Of a stretch of DNA of 64,000 nt, positions 18,978-28,310 are shown piece by piece. A model generated the notes under the pieces. That model searched no databases. It saw nothing but the letters and a program-made list of their open reading frames with translations, and was not told where the DNA came from. Position numbers and translations under genes: made by a program. Position 1 is the first letter of the stretch. Every line of letters begins with the position of its first letter. The stretch lies in the NCBI GenBank assembly GCA_963797095.1, contig CAWCNY010000001.1, forward strand, positions 114,061-178,060, in the 5' to 3' direction. Origin of the DNA: an uncultured Chloroflexia bacterium (GTDB lineage Bacteria; Chloroflexota; Chloroflexia; QHBQ01; JADMIH01).

Positions 18978-19664
18978 TTAGAGTTTGACGTTGCCGACTG
19001 AGGATGCGATGCCGATGCCATTGCCGTTGGTGGGTTGAGGTGTGGGTGGGGTTGTAGGAGTGGTGAGGGTGTCGAGGGTTTTTAGGATGGCGAGGAGGCG
19101 GTCGTACTGGCCTTTTAGCTGGCGGCCCAGGTATTCGGCTGTGGATTGGAGCCAGGGGTGGTCGGATTGGCGGGCGTGGTAGGCGCGGAGGAGGAGGTGG
19201 ACGAGCACCTGGTCGATGGCGGCGGGTGGGGCGTCGGTGGTGTAGAGGAGGAGGCGGAGGTAGTCGGGTTGGGCGGTGAAGGCGATTAACTCGTCGTCGG
19301 TGGCGAGGTAGGCTTTGTAGTGGACGCGGGGAGGGGTGGAGGGGAAGGAGTATGCGATTTCTGCCTTCTGCTTACTGCCTTCTGCCTTTTGGTCCGGGTA
19401 GCAGCCTACGGTGATGGCGGTGAAGTTGGTGCGGAGGGTGCGTTGGAGGTCGGGGTATAGGTTGTAGACGCCGCCATCGTCGTCGGAGGGGGAGCCTTTG
19501 GCAGAGATGGGGCCGAGGCCCTCGGTGCGGGCGGAGGCTACTACGCCGAGGACGTTTTCGGCGATGACGAGGCCGCCGAGAGGGGGCGTGGCGTTTAGCT
19601 CGTAGGATTCGACTGTGAAGTTGCTGTAGGAGGTGGCGATTATTTCGCCTAGTTGTTGTCTCAT
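18978..19664 (-). CDS. Hypothetical protein with a HAS-barrel-like N-terminus and no ATPase motifs, directly upstream of the HerA-like gene
   Basis: GEIIATSYSNFTVESYELNATPPLGGLVIAENVLGVVASARTEG resembles HerA N-terminal barrel segments. No Walker motifs. Thr/Pro tail. Confidence 0.45.
   Translation of the reverse strand: MRQQLGEIIATSYSNFTVESYELNATPPLGGLVIAENVLGVVASARTEGLGPISAKGSPSDDDGGVYNLYPDLQRTLRTNFTAITVGCYPDQKAEGSKQKAEIAYSFPSTPPRVHYKAYLATDDELIAFTAQPDYLRLLLYTTDAPPAAIDQVLVHLLLRAYHARQSDHPWLQSTAEYLGRQLKGQYDRLLAILKTLDTLTTPTTPPTPQPTNGNGIGIASSVGNVKL
19362..19389. repeat. Heptamer array (CTGCYTW)x4 inside the 228-aa CDS
   Basis: CTGCCTT CTGCTTA CTGCCTT CTGCCTT, encoding QKAEGSKQKAE on the minus strand. 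Confidence 0.9.
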
Positions 19665-19683
19665 GGGTTTGTTGCCGGGGTGG

Positions 19684-20268
19684 TTATTTTTTGTGGCCGG
19701 GTTTCCAGTGCTTGCCCAGGGGCTTTTGCGGCTTGCCGGAGCGTCCGGTGGGGCGGCCTTTTGGTCTGCCTGTGGGGCCTACGGGTCGGGTGGGGTTGGT
19801 GGGGTTGGTGGGGTTGGGGAGGAGGTTATCGGTGGCCTTGAGGGTATTGTATATCGACATGGCCCAGGTGTTGACGTTCTGCACGTAGTTTTGGGGGCCG
19901 AGGGCTACTACGTCGGCGGTGGTCATGGGCCATACGATGGGGTGTTTGTAGGTGCCGCGCGAGCCGTCGTCGGAGGTGACTTTGAAGCGGCGGCGATTGG
20001 CGTTGAGGCGGTCTTTTTCGCGACGGCGGACCTGTTCGGGGGTTATGTTGGTTTCGATGAACTCGGTGAGGAGCTTGATGGCGCCTTCTAGCCCTTCCTG
20101 GGAGTAGATGGAGGGGTGCTGGAGGTGGTAGGAGAGGACGGAGAGGTGGTGGACGGCCCAGCGGGATTCGTCCTCGGTTTCCCAGGCGAGGAGGGTGTTG
20201 AAGTCGTCGTTGCAGGTTTGGTTGGGGGAGGGGTGCTTGGCACCGCATTCGGGGCAGGTAGTTGTCAT
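19684..20268 (-). CDS. Zinc-ribbon-headed hypothetical protein with a basic Pro-rich tail
   Basis: MTTTCPECGAKHPSPNQTCNDDF ... HHLSVLSYHLQHP. The tail is PNPTNPTNPTRPVGPTGRPKGRPTGRSGKPQKPLGKHWKPGHKK. Confidence 0.55.
   Translation of the reverse strand: MTTTCPECGAKHPSPNQTCNDDFNTLLAWETEDESRWAVHHLSVLSYHLQHPSIYSQEGLEGAIKLLTEFIETNITPEQVRRREKDRLNANRRRFKVTSDDGSRGTYKHPIVWPMTTADVVALGPQNYVQNVNTWAMSIYNTLKATDNLLPNPTNPTNPTRPVGPTGRPKGRPTGRSGKPQKPLGKHWKPGHKK
19792..19818. repeat. 9-mer array (GGGGTTGGT)x3 inside the zinc-ribbon gene tail
   Basis: Encodes PNPTNPTNPT on the minus strand. Confidence 0.9.
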
Positions 20269-20468
20269 GTTAGTTCCAGGTTTCAGGTGTTGCGAGTTGG
20301 GTGGTTGGTTGCCATATTTTGGATCATAGTGTTTGTTGTGTCTAGCGTGTTGGGATAAGCCTAGTGTGGTCTTGCTTCATGAAAAATGACACTTAGGGGC
20401 CTCTGATCCAGGTGAGTAGAATCGGGTAAGGACGTGCAGATCAGATGGCCTGCCTGATCATGCGCTTG

Positions 20469-20867
20469 CTAGGGCATTTGCTTGTACTTACTGTATTCTT
20501 GGATCCAACCATCTTCCCCGAATAATTCTCCGTGAATTCCATCACTTTCCTCTTCTACATTCCTTCCGTCTACAATTATCTGGATGCTATTCTCAAAGTC
20601 GGCCTGTTCTTGTAGTTTGAATAAGAGATCGTGAATTCCACCGTCGAGCGATGAGATCAAACATTCTCTTAGAACTACTCTCTGCTCATCTGTGAGATTG
20701 AGGGCCGCGATTCGCGCCTGAAGGCTATCGTTTGCACAGCGTGCCGCCATAGTCATGTCATAGCTGTGCATAACGCTATCACGAAGGTGCTCCACGAGGA
20801 ACTTACCGAACTTTGCGAGAGGATCTAGATCCTCATACCCTTTCAAGGATCGATAACGGTTATTCAT
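20469..20867 (-). CDS. Hypothetical 132-aa protein in an AT-richer segment
   Basis: Clean ORF MNNRYRSLKGYEDLDPLAKFGKFLVEHLRDS... Composition is clearly AT-richer than the flanks. No family recognised. Confidence 0.45.
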   Translation of the reverse strand: MNNRYRSLKGYEDLDPLAKFGKFLVEHLRDSVMHSYDMTMAARCANDSLQARIAALNLTDEQRVVLRECLISSLDGGIHDLLFKLQEQADFENSIQIIVDGRNVEEESDGIHGELFGEDGWIQEYSKYKQMP

Positions 20868-21357
20868 ATTTAGCCCCTCTTAGATAGCCTGCTCGATCAT
20901 CCTCTTGCCCCCAGCTTTTTCGGCGTGGCGCGGAGATGCCGGATTAGTTGGGTAAGATAGTTTGGATCGGGCTGAATAGGTCTAGCAGGCGAGCGCCATC
21001 CTGTGGGGTGAGAAATACCTGTACCTCGTCCTCTTCATTCTGCCCTTCGATAGCTATCCTAAGCATCAGGAACGTGCTGGGTTCCCACACTTATGACAAA
21101 CTCCGACTGCAAAAGCTCATATTCGCTTTGTATGGATTCCGTCCACATGGATTGTCTGCTTGGATCATCGACTACGAGTTGCAGAGCATTACTCCAAGCC
21201 AAGCGCAGGCGGCTCCATTGTTCTTTTGCCAGGCAAACTTAAACGTCGGCGCCATGTTCAGCCGTGACAAGGAGGCATATTGATCCCTCCTCAGTGCGGA
21301 GCATAAAGAAGACCTTGTCGGAGGAAAAAGCGTCAACAATCTCCAGTGTGGCGAAAA

Positions 21358-24213
21358 TCATATATCTTTCGCAATCGAATGCCGGGATGATGCCGGGTAA
21401 GCCCCGGACATTGGTAGTGAAGCGATGGGGGGCGGTTGCGTGCAGGCCTGGATTGTTGAGGGCTGCTGTAGTCCGGATGGGCGCGCCGGCGGCGTGAAGG
21501 TTGGCACGGGAGTACAACTCTGCTGCCGCATGGATAGGGTGTAATCTCCGTAGCAGACGCCACCGGTGCAGAGGGCAGAGCTGGTGCTGTACTGGGTGAC
21601 TACCACGTAGTAGTAACCTGCCACAACGTTAGCCTGCACCTGGGAAGCTGAGCCGCAGAAGTCGTCGTTGGCTGCGGTGGCGACGGTACAGCCGTTGGGC
21701 ACGAAGCCGGGCATCTGTGCCCCACCGGGTGCTTGATAGATCGCTACGAAGGTGTCGAAGTTGGCTGACCCTCCGCCCGCAGCGCACAGGCTGGCCATGA
21801 TGGTGGATGCCGAGGCCTGATTGAATTCGTACACATCGTAATGGACACCCGCGCCGGTGGAACTGGTGGTGCAACTGCCACCTTGTGTGAAGGTGTTGGG
21901 CCGCTGGAATGTGGGGTCGGTGGTTGTTATGGACCCTGAGAAGGTGCCCAGGGGTTGGAACGGGCAGGGCGTGGCGGTGGCGGTAGCGGTAAGCGTGGGT
22001 GTGGATGTGCGGGTTGGGGTGGCAGTTGGCACGCAGGTTTGTGTGGTGATCGATAGATTGTAATCACCGTAGCAGAGGCCGCCTGTGCAGAGGGCAGAGC
22101 TGGTGCTGTACTGGGTGACTACCACGTAGTAGTAACCTGCCACAACGTTAGCCTGCACCTGGGAGGCTGAGCCGCAGAAGTCGTCGTTGGCTGCGGTGGC
22201 GAGGGTACAGCCGTTGGGCACGAAGCCGGGCATCTGTGCCCCACCGGGTGCTTGATAGATCGCTATGAAGGTGTCGAAGTTGGCTGACCCTCCGCCCGTA
22301 GCGCATAGACTTGCTTGCACTGACTGAGCGGAAGGCACTGTAAGTTCATATACATCGTAGTGGACACCCGCGCCGGTGGAACTGGTGGTGCAACTGCCAC
22401 CTTGTGTGAAGGTGTTGGGCCGCTGGAATGTGGGGTCGGTGGTTGTTATGGACCCGGAGAAGACCAACGAGCATACGGTGCTGGTGGCGGTTGGAGTGTT
22501 GGTGGCGGTTGGAGTGTTGGTGGCGGTGGCTGTATGGGTTGGGCTGTTTGTTGGGGTGGTGGTTGAAGTACTTGTAGAGGTGTTGGTCCGTGTTGGTGTA
22601 GGGGTAGAGGTGCTGGTTCTGGTAGGTGTGTTAGTGGGTGTATTCGTGCTGGTGGCGGTTGATGTGCTGCTCGGTGTGCTGGTGTTAGTCAAGGTCGCGG
22701 TAGGGGTGGACGTGCCGGTCCTGGTGGGTGTGTTGGTGGGCGTATTGGTAAAGGTGCTTGTTGAGGTAACGGTCGGGGTGCCGGTGGGTGTGTTGGTCGC
22801 CGTGCTTGTGAGTGTGGGGGTGCGGGTGTGAGTAGCAGTGGGGGTGGATGTGCTTGTGGAAGTAATGGTAAGTGTGGGGGTGCGGGTGGACGTGCCGGTG
22901 CTTGTGGGCGTGTTGGTCGGTGTGTTGGTCGGTGTGTTGGTGGAGGTAGGGGTGGATGTAGATGTACTGGTGGACGTGTGGGTGGCCGTATGGGTGGCGG
23001 TGGCCGTATGGGTGGCGGTCGCGGTGCGTGTGGGGGTCGAGGTGTTAGTTGGGGTGTTAGACGGTGTATTTGTGATGGTGGGGGTATGAGTGCTGGTGTT
23101 TGTAGGTGCGGGAGTAATGGTACCGCTTGCTGTGTTTGTGGGGGTGGGAGTGACGGTGGGAGTGGAAGTTGAAGTCGAGGTGGAAGTGGAGGTGGATGTT
23201 GCGGTAAATGTCGACGCGGAAGTGGGGGTGGAGGTGCTGGTGGGAGCGGCGGTAATGACGGGGGTGCCGGTGGGCAGGATGTTCGGAGTGGGTGTGTATG
23301 TTGCGGTGTTGGTGGGGGTGCCGGTGGGCGTGGGGGTGCCGGTTGGTTGTAGGGTGAAGGTTGCCGATGGAGCTACAGCCAGAGTGGGGGTCGGGGTGGG
23401 GGTTAGCGCGGGGCAAAGCCCGAAGGTGTTGACCACTATTTTGGAGGTCTGGCCCCTGGTTACATCGCTGGTCCACCTGAAGTAGGGGCGGTTGTCGGGG
23501 GGCACGCAGGGCTCGCCGGGGCTACCGCATGGGTAGCCTTGCATGATGTTCCTCTCGGCGAGGTTTTCGATCCAGAGGTAGAAGGGGTTGCCCGGAGGCA
23601 CATCTTCGAAGATGTGGGCGGTGACAGGCTGGTTGAAGCCGGCACTTTCGGCGACTATTTTGGAGAGCTGCCCTCTGGTGGCGTGGTTATTGGACCTGTA
23701 GTAGGGGCGGTTGTCGGGGGGCACGCAGGGCTCGCCCGGACCGCTGCATGGGTAGCCGCTGATGACGCCACGTTCGGCGAGGTCCTGGATGTAGATGTAG
23801 AAGGTGCTGCCGGGCGGGATGTCTTCGAAGAGTTGGGGGCCGCCTGGGGAGCCGCCAAAGCCGGCGGCGAGGTCGACGATCTTGGCTATCTGACCTCTTG
23901 TGACGGGGTTGTTGGGCCGGAAGGTGCCATCGGGGTAGCCCTGGACGATGCCCTGGCACGCGAGGCAGGTGATGAAGGTGTAGAAGGTGTGATCGGCGGG
24001 TACGTCGGTGAAGGTTGGGCAAGCGCCCGCGGGATCGGTTTGGTAGCTGACGGTGCGAATAGAGGCCGGAGTCTTGCCTTGCACCGTGCCTGCCCAGAGC
24101 GCGCCGGCCAGGAGAAAGAGCAAGGCATCGACCAGGAGAAAAGTAGCCAGGATCTCTCGGCGGAGGTGCGATGACCGAGGGGCCGCAGGGTAGGCAAAGA
24201 GTGGCTGTCTCAT
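21358..24213 (-). CDS. Cell-surface protein: signal/TM, three SLH-like repeats, ~300-aa Thr/Pro/Ser linker, two near-identical Cys-rich C-terminal domains
   Basis: ATG at 24213 sits 8 nt after AGGAG. SLH-like [46 protein letters not shown] plus two more. (TPTxTxT)n linker. Duplicated [39 protein letters not shown]...[19 protein letters not shown] domains. Confidence 0.75.
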   Translation of the reverse strand: MRQPLFAYPAAPRSSHLRREILATFLLVDALLFLLAGALWAGTVQGKTPASIRTVSYQTDPAGACPTFTDVPADHTFYTFITCLACQGIVQGYPDGTFRPNNPVTRGQIAKIVDLAAGFGGSPGGPQLFEDIPPGSTFYIYIQDLAERGVISGYPCSGPGEPCVPPDNRPYYRSNNHATRGQLSKIVAESAGFNQPVTAHIFEDVPPGNPFYLWIENLAERNIMQGYPCGSPGEPCVPPDNRPYFRWTSDVTRGQTSKIVVNTFGLCPALTPTPTPTLAVAPSATFTLQPTGTPTPTGTPTNTATYTPTPNILPTGTPVITAAPTSTSTPTSASTFTATSTSTSTSTSTSTPTVTPTPTNTASGTITPAPTNTSTHTPTITNTPSNTPTNTSTPTRTATATHTATATHTATHTSTSTSTSTPTSTNTPTNTPTNTPTSTGTSTRTPTLTITSTSTSTPTATHTRTPTLTSTATNTPTGTPTVTSTSTFTNTPTNTPTRTGTSTPTATLTNTSTPSSTSTATSTNTPTNTPTRTSTSTPTPTRTNTSTSTSTTTPTNSPTHTATATNTPTATNTPTATSTVCSLVFSGSITTTDPTFQRPNTFTQGGSCTTSSTGAGVHYDVYELTVPSAQSVQASLCATGGGSANFDTFIAIYQAPGGAQMPGFVPNGCTLATAANDDFCGSASQVQANVVAGYYYVVVTQYSTSSALCTGGLCYGDYNLSITTQTCVPTATPTRTSTPTLTATATATPCPFQPLGTFSGSITTTDPTFQRPNTFTQGGSCTTSSTGAGVHYDVYEFNQASASTIMASLCAAGGGSANFDTFVAIYQAPGGAQMPGFVPNGCTVATAANDDFCGSASQVQANVVAGYYYVVVTQYSTSSALCTGGVCYGDYTLSMRQQSCTPVPTFTPPARPSGLQQPSTIQACTQPPPIASLPMSGAYPASSRHSIAKDI

Positions 24214-24710
24214 AGGTGAGCTCCTGGGGTGCTGCAACTGTCGATAGCCGAAACGAAGAGCGGGTTTTGTTGGAAGGTGAAAGACTTTGTGACTACTGGT
24301 GTTTGTAGCCATGCTGGTGAAAGGTCCCAGGCAAAGCGATTCGACCTGCATCTAAAGTCAATAGACCGGGAGCTGGAATGGTGCGCGTGGCCAGCGCGAC
24401 ACGAGCAGAGACGAACACCCCAAGTATAGCAGGGCGCTGGGCCAGGCGCAATAGGTTGGCGCTAACGATCTGTATTTCGTTGCCTGCGGATCTACTTTTC
24501 TGGAGGCGGATCAGCCCGTTATACTATGAGAAATCAGGGTTTTCTGCGTGCGCTTTTGTGAAGTAAGCCCAGCTATATTGTGGATCATGATCCTTACTGT
24601 GTCTACTGCGTTGGAGCGATCCCTGTTTCTTTTGTGTCCACTTCTCCGCAGATAGACCGATCCTTTATACTACGAAAAAGTGATTTAGATACTCAGGTAG
24701 GAGTACAGCT

Positions 24711-25328
24711 ATGGCGATTGACTTAGGGGCACCGGAGTTGCGCATTGTGGCTGCCGATAACGATACAATCCTCGATCTTGATGCTATGCAGGGGTTGTGG
24801 ACCGAGGAGCAGTATCTGCGGCTGACCGATCATAGTCACCGGTTGCTTGAGTTTTCAGATGGCTCTATCGAGGTGTTGCCGATGCCTACGGACAAACATC
24901 AGGTTATATCTCGGTTCCTGCTGCTGGCCTTCCTGCCATTCATAGAGAAATTGGGCGGAACTATCCTGTACGCGCCGATTCGGTTACGGATACGAGAGGG
25001 GAAGTATCGCGAACCGGACCTTCTCTTGATGTTAGATGCCGATGATCCCCGCAGGCAAGACGCTTACTGGCTGGGAGCCGACCTGGTTGTTGAGATCGTC
25101 AGCCCGGACGATCCTGAGCGGGATACGAGGGTGAAGCGCAGAGAGTACGCGCAGGCCGGAATACCGGAATATTGGATAGTGAACCCACAGGATGAGAGTG
25201 TGACTGTGCTACGCTTGGCGGGTAGTCGCTACGCTGAGCACGGCACCTATCGGCGGGGTGACACCGCTAACTCCGCGCTTCTAGCGGGCTTCACGCTGTC
25301 TGTGAGCGATTTGTTCGATGCTCGTTGA
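24711..25328 (+). CDS. Uma2-family (DUF820) putative endonuclease
   Basis: YREPDLLLMLD ... GADLVVEIVSPDDPERDTRVKRREYAQAGIPEYWIVNPQDESVTVLRL. Confidence 0.8.
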   Translation: MAIDLGAPELRIVAADNDTILDLDAMQGLWTEEQYLRLTDHSHRLLEFSDGSIEVLPMPTDKHQVISRFLLLAFLPFIEKLGGTILYAPIRLRIREGKYREPDLLLMLDADDPRRQDAYWLGADLVVEIVSPDDPERDTRVKRREYAQAGIPEYWIVNPQDESVTVLRLAGSRYAEHGTYRRGDTANSALLAGFTLSVSDLFDAR

Positions 25329-25452
25329 TGGATTGAGGGAGCAGTTGTAGCAGAAGCGGCCTTCTGAGTGGGTGGCTTGGCATTCGAGGCAGTTCCACAT
25401 AGTGAGACTCGTTTTCTTGAGTAATCTTCAGGCTACTCTAGAAAGTGCCAAC

Positions 25453-26403
25453 TCAAAGCAAATCTCCCAACTGCTTCTGCCATCTAAAGGGAACTCTCCC
25501 TCTGCCTATGGTGATACTAGCACTAGCATATATGATGTTTTCTACTACTTGTACGGAGTCACCATTAGGATCATAAACCTCAACTTTCGCATTTTTCACG
25601 TCAAAAACGGACTCGTCTCTAGCACTAATCGAACAGGTACCGCTGGCATAGACCTTGACCTCAACGCGCGGTGCATCCCCTAACCTGATCGTCCTGAATG
25701 CTCGGTAATTTAGACTATAACTTGTGGCTAGGATATCGGTATTCTCTGTGAGGAAAGGCGATATCTTATGCTCAGTTATCTCCTGCAATTCGAATCCAAG
25801 AGTTGAATCAGTCTTCGAGAGCTTTTTGCTCATATCTTGGAGGTGAGTTCTGATAATGCGATCAATCTGCGTGGCAATCCGCTCAAGATTGAGGGTAGGA
25901 ATTTGTTCTCTCAGTGCCTCCAAATAGGTCGCAAGTTCGTAGTAAACCACAACGCCACCTCCAGCACTGGCGATATCATCTCTCAAATTTTGAGCCAACC
26001 CTTTTCTTGGATCCCTATCCTGGAAGAACGCCTTGTCTTCTGTGACAAAAACGACCTCAAATGAACGCGCGAGTTCAAGAATCGCTTCCCATATTGCCAA
26101 ATCTTTGAACTGCTGATTCTTAAATCCATTTGGTGGGCTTTCTTCCATTACTCGCCTGAGTGAGGATTCAGCGTGTTCAAAAGTAAATGGAATGCGTACA
26201 ATTCTGACCCGTTCCTCAATAAAGTCAAGTCTAGTCTGGACGCTCTGCTTCAAGTCCTCATCTGTTGGTACTATATAGTCATCTCTCGAACCCATCAGCA
26301 TAGTAATTGTTTCGAAGTTGTCTTTGATTTTTTCTACGGCATCATGCCCAGCCAGAATCGCATCTCTATCTTTGCACATTTCAAAGTGAATGATTGAAGG
26401 CAT
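25453..26403 (-). pseudogene. C-terminal part of a PIN-like (DUF4935-type) gene split by an IS
   Basis: ...FKNQQFKDLAIWEAILELARSFEVVFVTEDKAFFQD... The apparent N-terminus MVFATLLYPIGPM reads out of the IS end. AT-rich. Confidence 0.55.
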
Positions 26404-26461
26404 AGGGCCTATCGGGTATAAGAGGGTTGCGAACACCAATCCTTACCCGAGGAGGACCACT

Positions 26462-27999
26462 ATGCCTACCCCCATTATATGCGCCGATGGGAGCGTGCGC
26501 TACTTCGCCCAGACCTTCCGTCACTGCTTCAGCAAGCCTCAATTCCAGTACTTTGTTACCGTACTGCTGGCTCTGCTGTTGTGCATGGAAGCTCGTACCC
26601 TGTGTGGACTGCACCGTGCTGTGTGCGGAGGCGGAGTACGCACCCGCGCTCGCGCTTACTGTGGCCTGAGCCGCTTCTTGAGCCGCGCTCCTTGGGAAGG
26701 GCAGGCTGTTGTGGCTGCCTGGTGTGCCCGTTTCCGAGCACAACTTGCCCCCCAGGTAGCCCAAGAGCGTGCCACCTTGCGTAGTCACCACCGACGCTAC
26801 ACCGGTCGGGGTCGTAAGGGTCGCCTTCCTGCTCGTGTAACCTCTGTGACCGGTTCTTGATTGGAGACGACTCCACCATGCACAAGCCCAAAGGCCGCAA
26901 GATGGCTGGGATAGGCCGCCACTTCTCCTCGACGGTGGGGCACCCGGTGCAAGGGCACAACATGTTGACCACCCTGTATGTGTTGCCTACGTTGGATAGG
27001 TGCTGTCCCCAGGCTCCTTGTCTGTATCGGCAGCGAGAGGTCTGTGAGCGAGAGGGTGTGCCCTTCAAGAGCAAGGTTGACCTGCTGGTGGAGCAGATTG
27101 AGAGTTTCGAGCCGGTGGAAGGGACCGACACCCATGTGCTGGTGGACAGTTGGTTTGGGTGCAAGGCGGTATGGAAGGCGGCTCGGCAGCGAGCCTTCCA
27201 TATTACCAGTGGGCTGAAAGCCAATCGCTCCATCCGAGTAGAGCAGCTTGTCGGCGGTACGAGTGCCGCCAGTGCCGCCAGTGCCGCCAGTGCCGCCAGT
27301 GCCGCCAGTGCCGCCAGTGCCGCCAGTGCCGCCAGTGCCGCCAGTGCCGCCAGTGCCGCCAGTGCCGCCAGTGCCGCCAGTGCCGCCAGTGCCGCCAGTG
27401 CTGCAGACTGGTGTTGGCAGCCTCTGCCGGAATATGTGGCGGGCTTGAGCGAGGCCGATTACGTGCTGGTACGCTGGCCCAGAAGCGAACTCGGTTGCGG
27501 TCGCGATGCCGATGCCAAAGGGGAGGTGAGCACTGTGTACGCGCATGCGATTACCACAATGGTGCGTAAGCTGTACAAGTGCCAGGTGCTGGTAGTGAGG
27601 CACAGCCTGGGTGCTCCTGTGTCCGAGACCAGATACTGGGCATCGAGTGACTTGGGGGCAAGTGTGGAGCAGTTGCTGCAATATGTAGCGGCACGCTGGG
27701 ACATCGAGGTGCTGTTTGCCGACTGCAAGGAGTTGATGGGGCTTGACCACTACCAAGTGATGAGCGCCCCGGCTATCGAGCGGTTCTGGACGTTGGTGTT
27801 GGCGGCGTACCTGCTCTTGGACGAGGAGCGTGCCCGTTTGCAGGCCACCACGACCGAGACTGAACATGTTCGTGTGACCATCGGGGATGCGCGCCGAGAA
27901 ATGCAGCGAGTGCATCGGCGGCACTTGCTGGATTGGCTGCATAAGCAGTTTGTGGCGGGTGTTGCTCAGGAGCATCTGTATGACCTATTCGCCGCTTGA
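26462..27999 (+). pseudogene. IS701-like DDE transposase, frameshifted and carrying a (SAA)n insertion
   Basis: GGAGGA then ATG at 26462. ORF A ends at 26860 and ORF B (LIGDDSTMHKPKGRKMAGIGRHFSSTVGHPVQGHN ... YVAARWDIEVLFADCKELMGLDHYQV) lies in the -1 frame. Adding one T at the TT of 26854-26855 gives VTGFLIGDDST. Confidence 0.7.
27262..27396 (+). repeat. 9-bp tandem repeat (AGTGCCGCC)x15 inside the transposase
   Basis: Fifteen perfect copies plus one degenerate copy (AGTGCTGCA). Translated as (SAA)16. Confidence 0.97.
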
Positions 28000-28011
28000 C
28001 GGGCCAGTTCT

Positions 28012-28272
28012 AAAATCTGCAAAGATAGAGATCGCATGTTTGATAACTTCTTGCTCGATAATAGTCGGCAATCCAAATATACCTTTCATTCGCATTAGTG
28101 CATACATCAAGGCTGGACCTAATCCGGTCCTCAGTAGCCTTGTGCTAAGCCACACGTTTGCATCCAATACTACACAGGAAGGTTTCCGATGGTCTCGATC
28201 CTCAAATTCAACACTACGAACCATACCCTTCCCCCAAAATGCTACTAGTTGGTACTCTACTTTCGGTCCCAA
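28012..28272 (-). pseudogene. N-terminal part of the IS-split PIN-like gene
   Basis: VVLDANVWLSTRLLRTGLGPALMYALMRMKGIFGLPTIIEQEVIKHAISIFADF is a PIN-like first strand plus helix. It then reads into the IS end (RTGPSSGE*). Confidence 0.55.
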
Positions 28273-28310
28273 GGATTATCAACGATAAGCATTCAGGCGC
28301 GAGAGTTGGG

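Larger units (their letters stand above)
26404..28011 (+). mobile_element. IS701-like (IS4 superfamily) insertion sequence; ends approximate
   Basis: DDE transposase flanked on both sides by halves of one minus-strand gene. I could not define inverted repeats or a target duplication by eye. Confidence 0.6.

Noticed and set aside
21857-23485. Several plus-strand Val/Gly-rich ORFs (for example 22376-22831 and 23090-23485).
   Set aside because: They are antisense shadows of the Thr/Pro-rich linker of the SLH protein.
26797-27975. 392-aa minus-strand ORF containing a (GGT)n Gly-Thr repeat.
   Set aside because: It is antisense to the transposase, whose plus-strand translation has clear DDE-family motifs. 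The repeat is simply the reverse complement of the 9-mer array.
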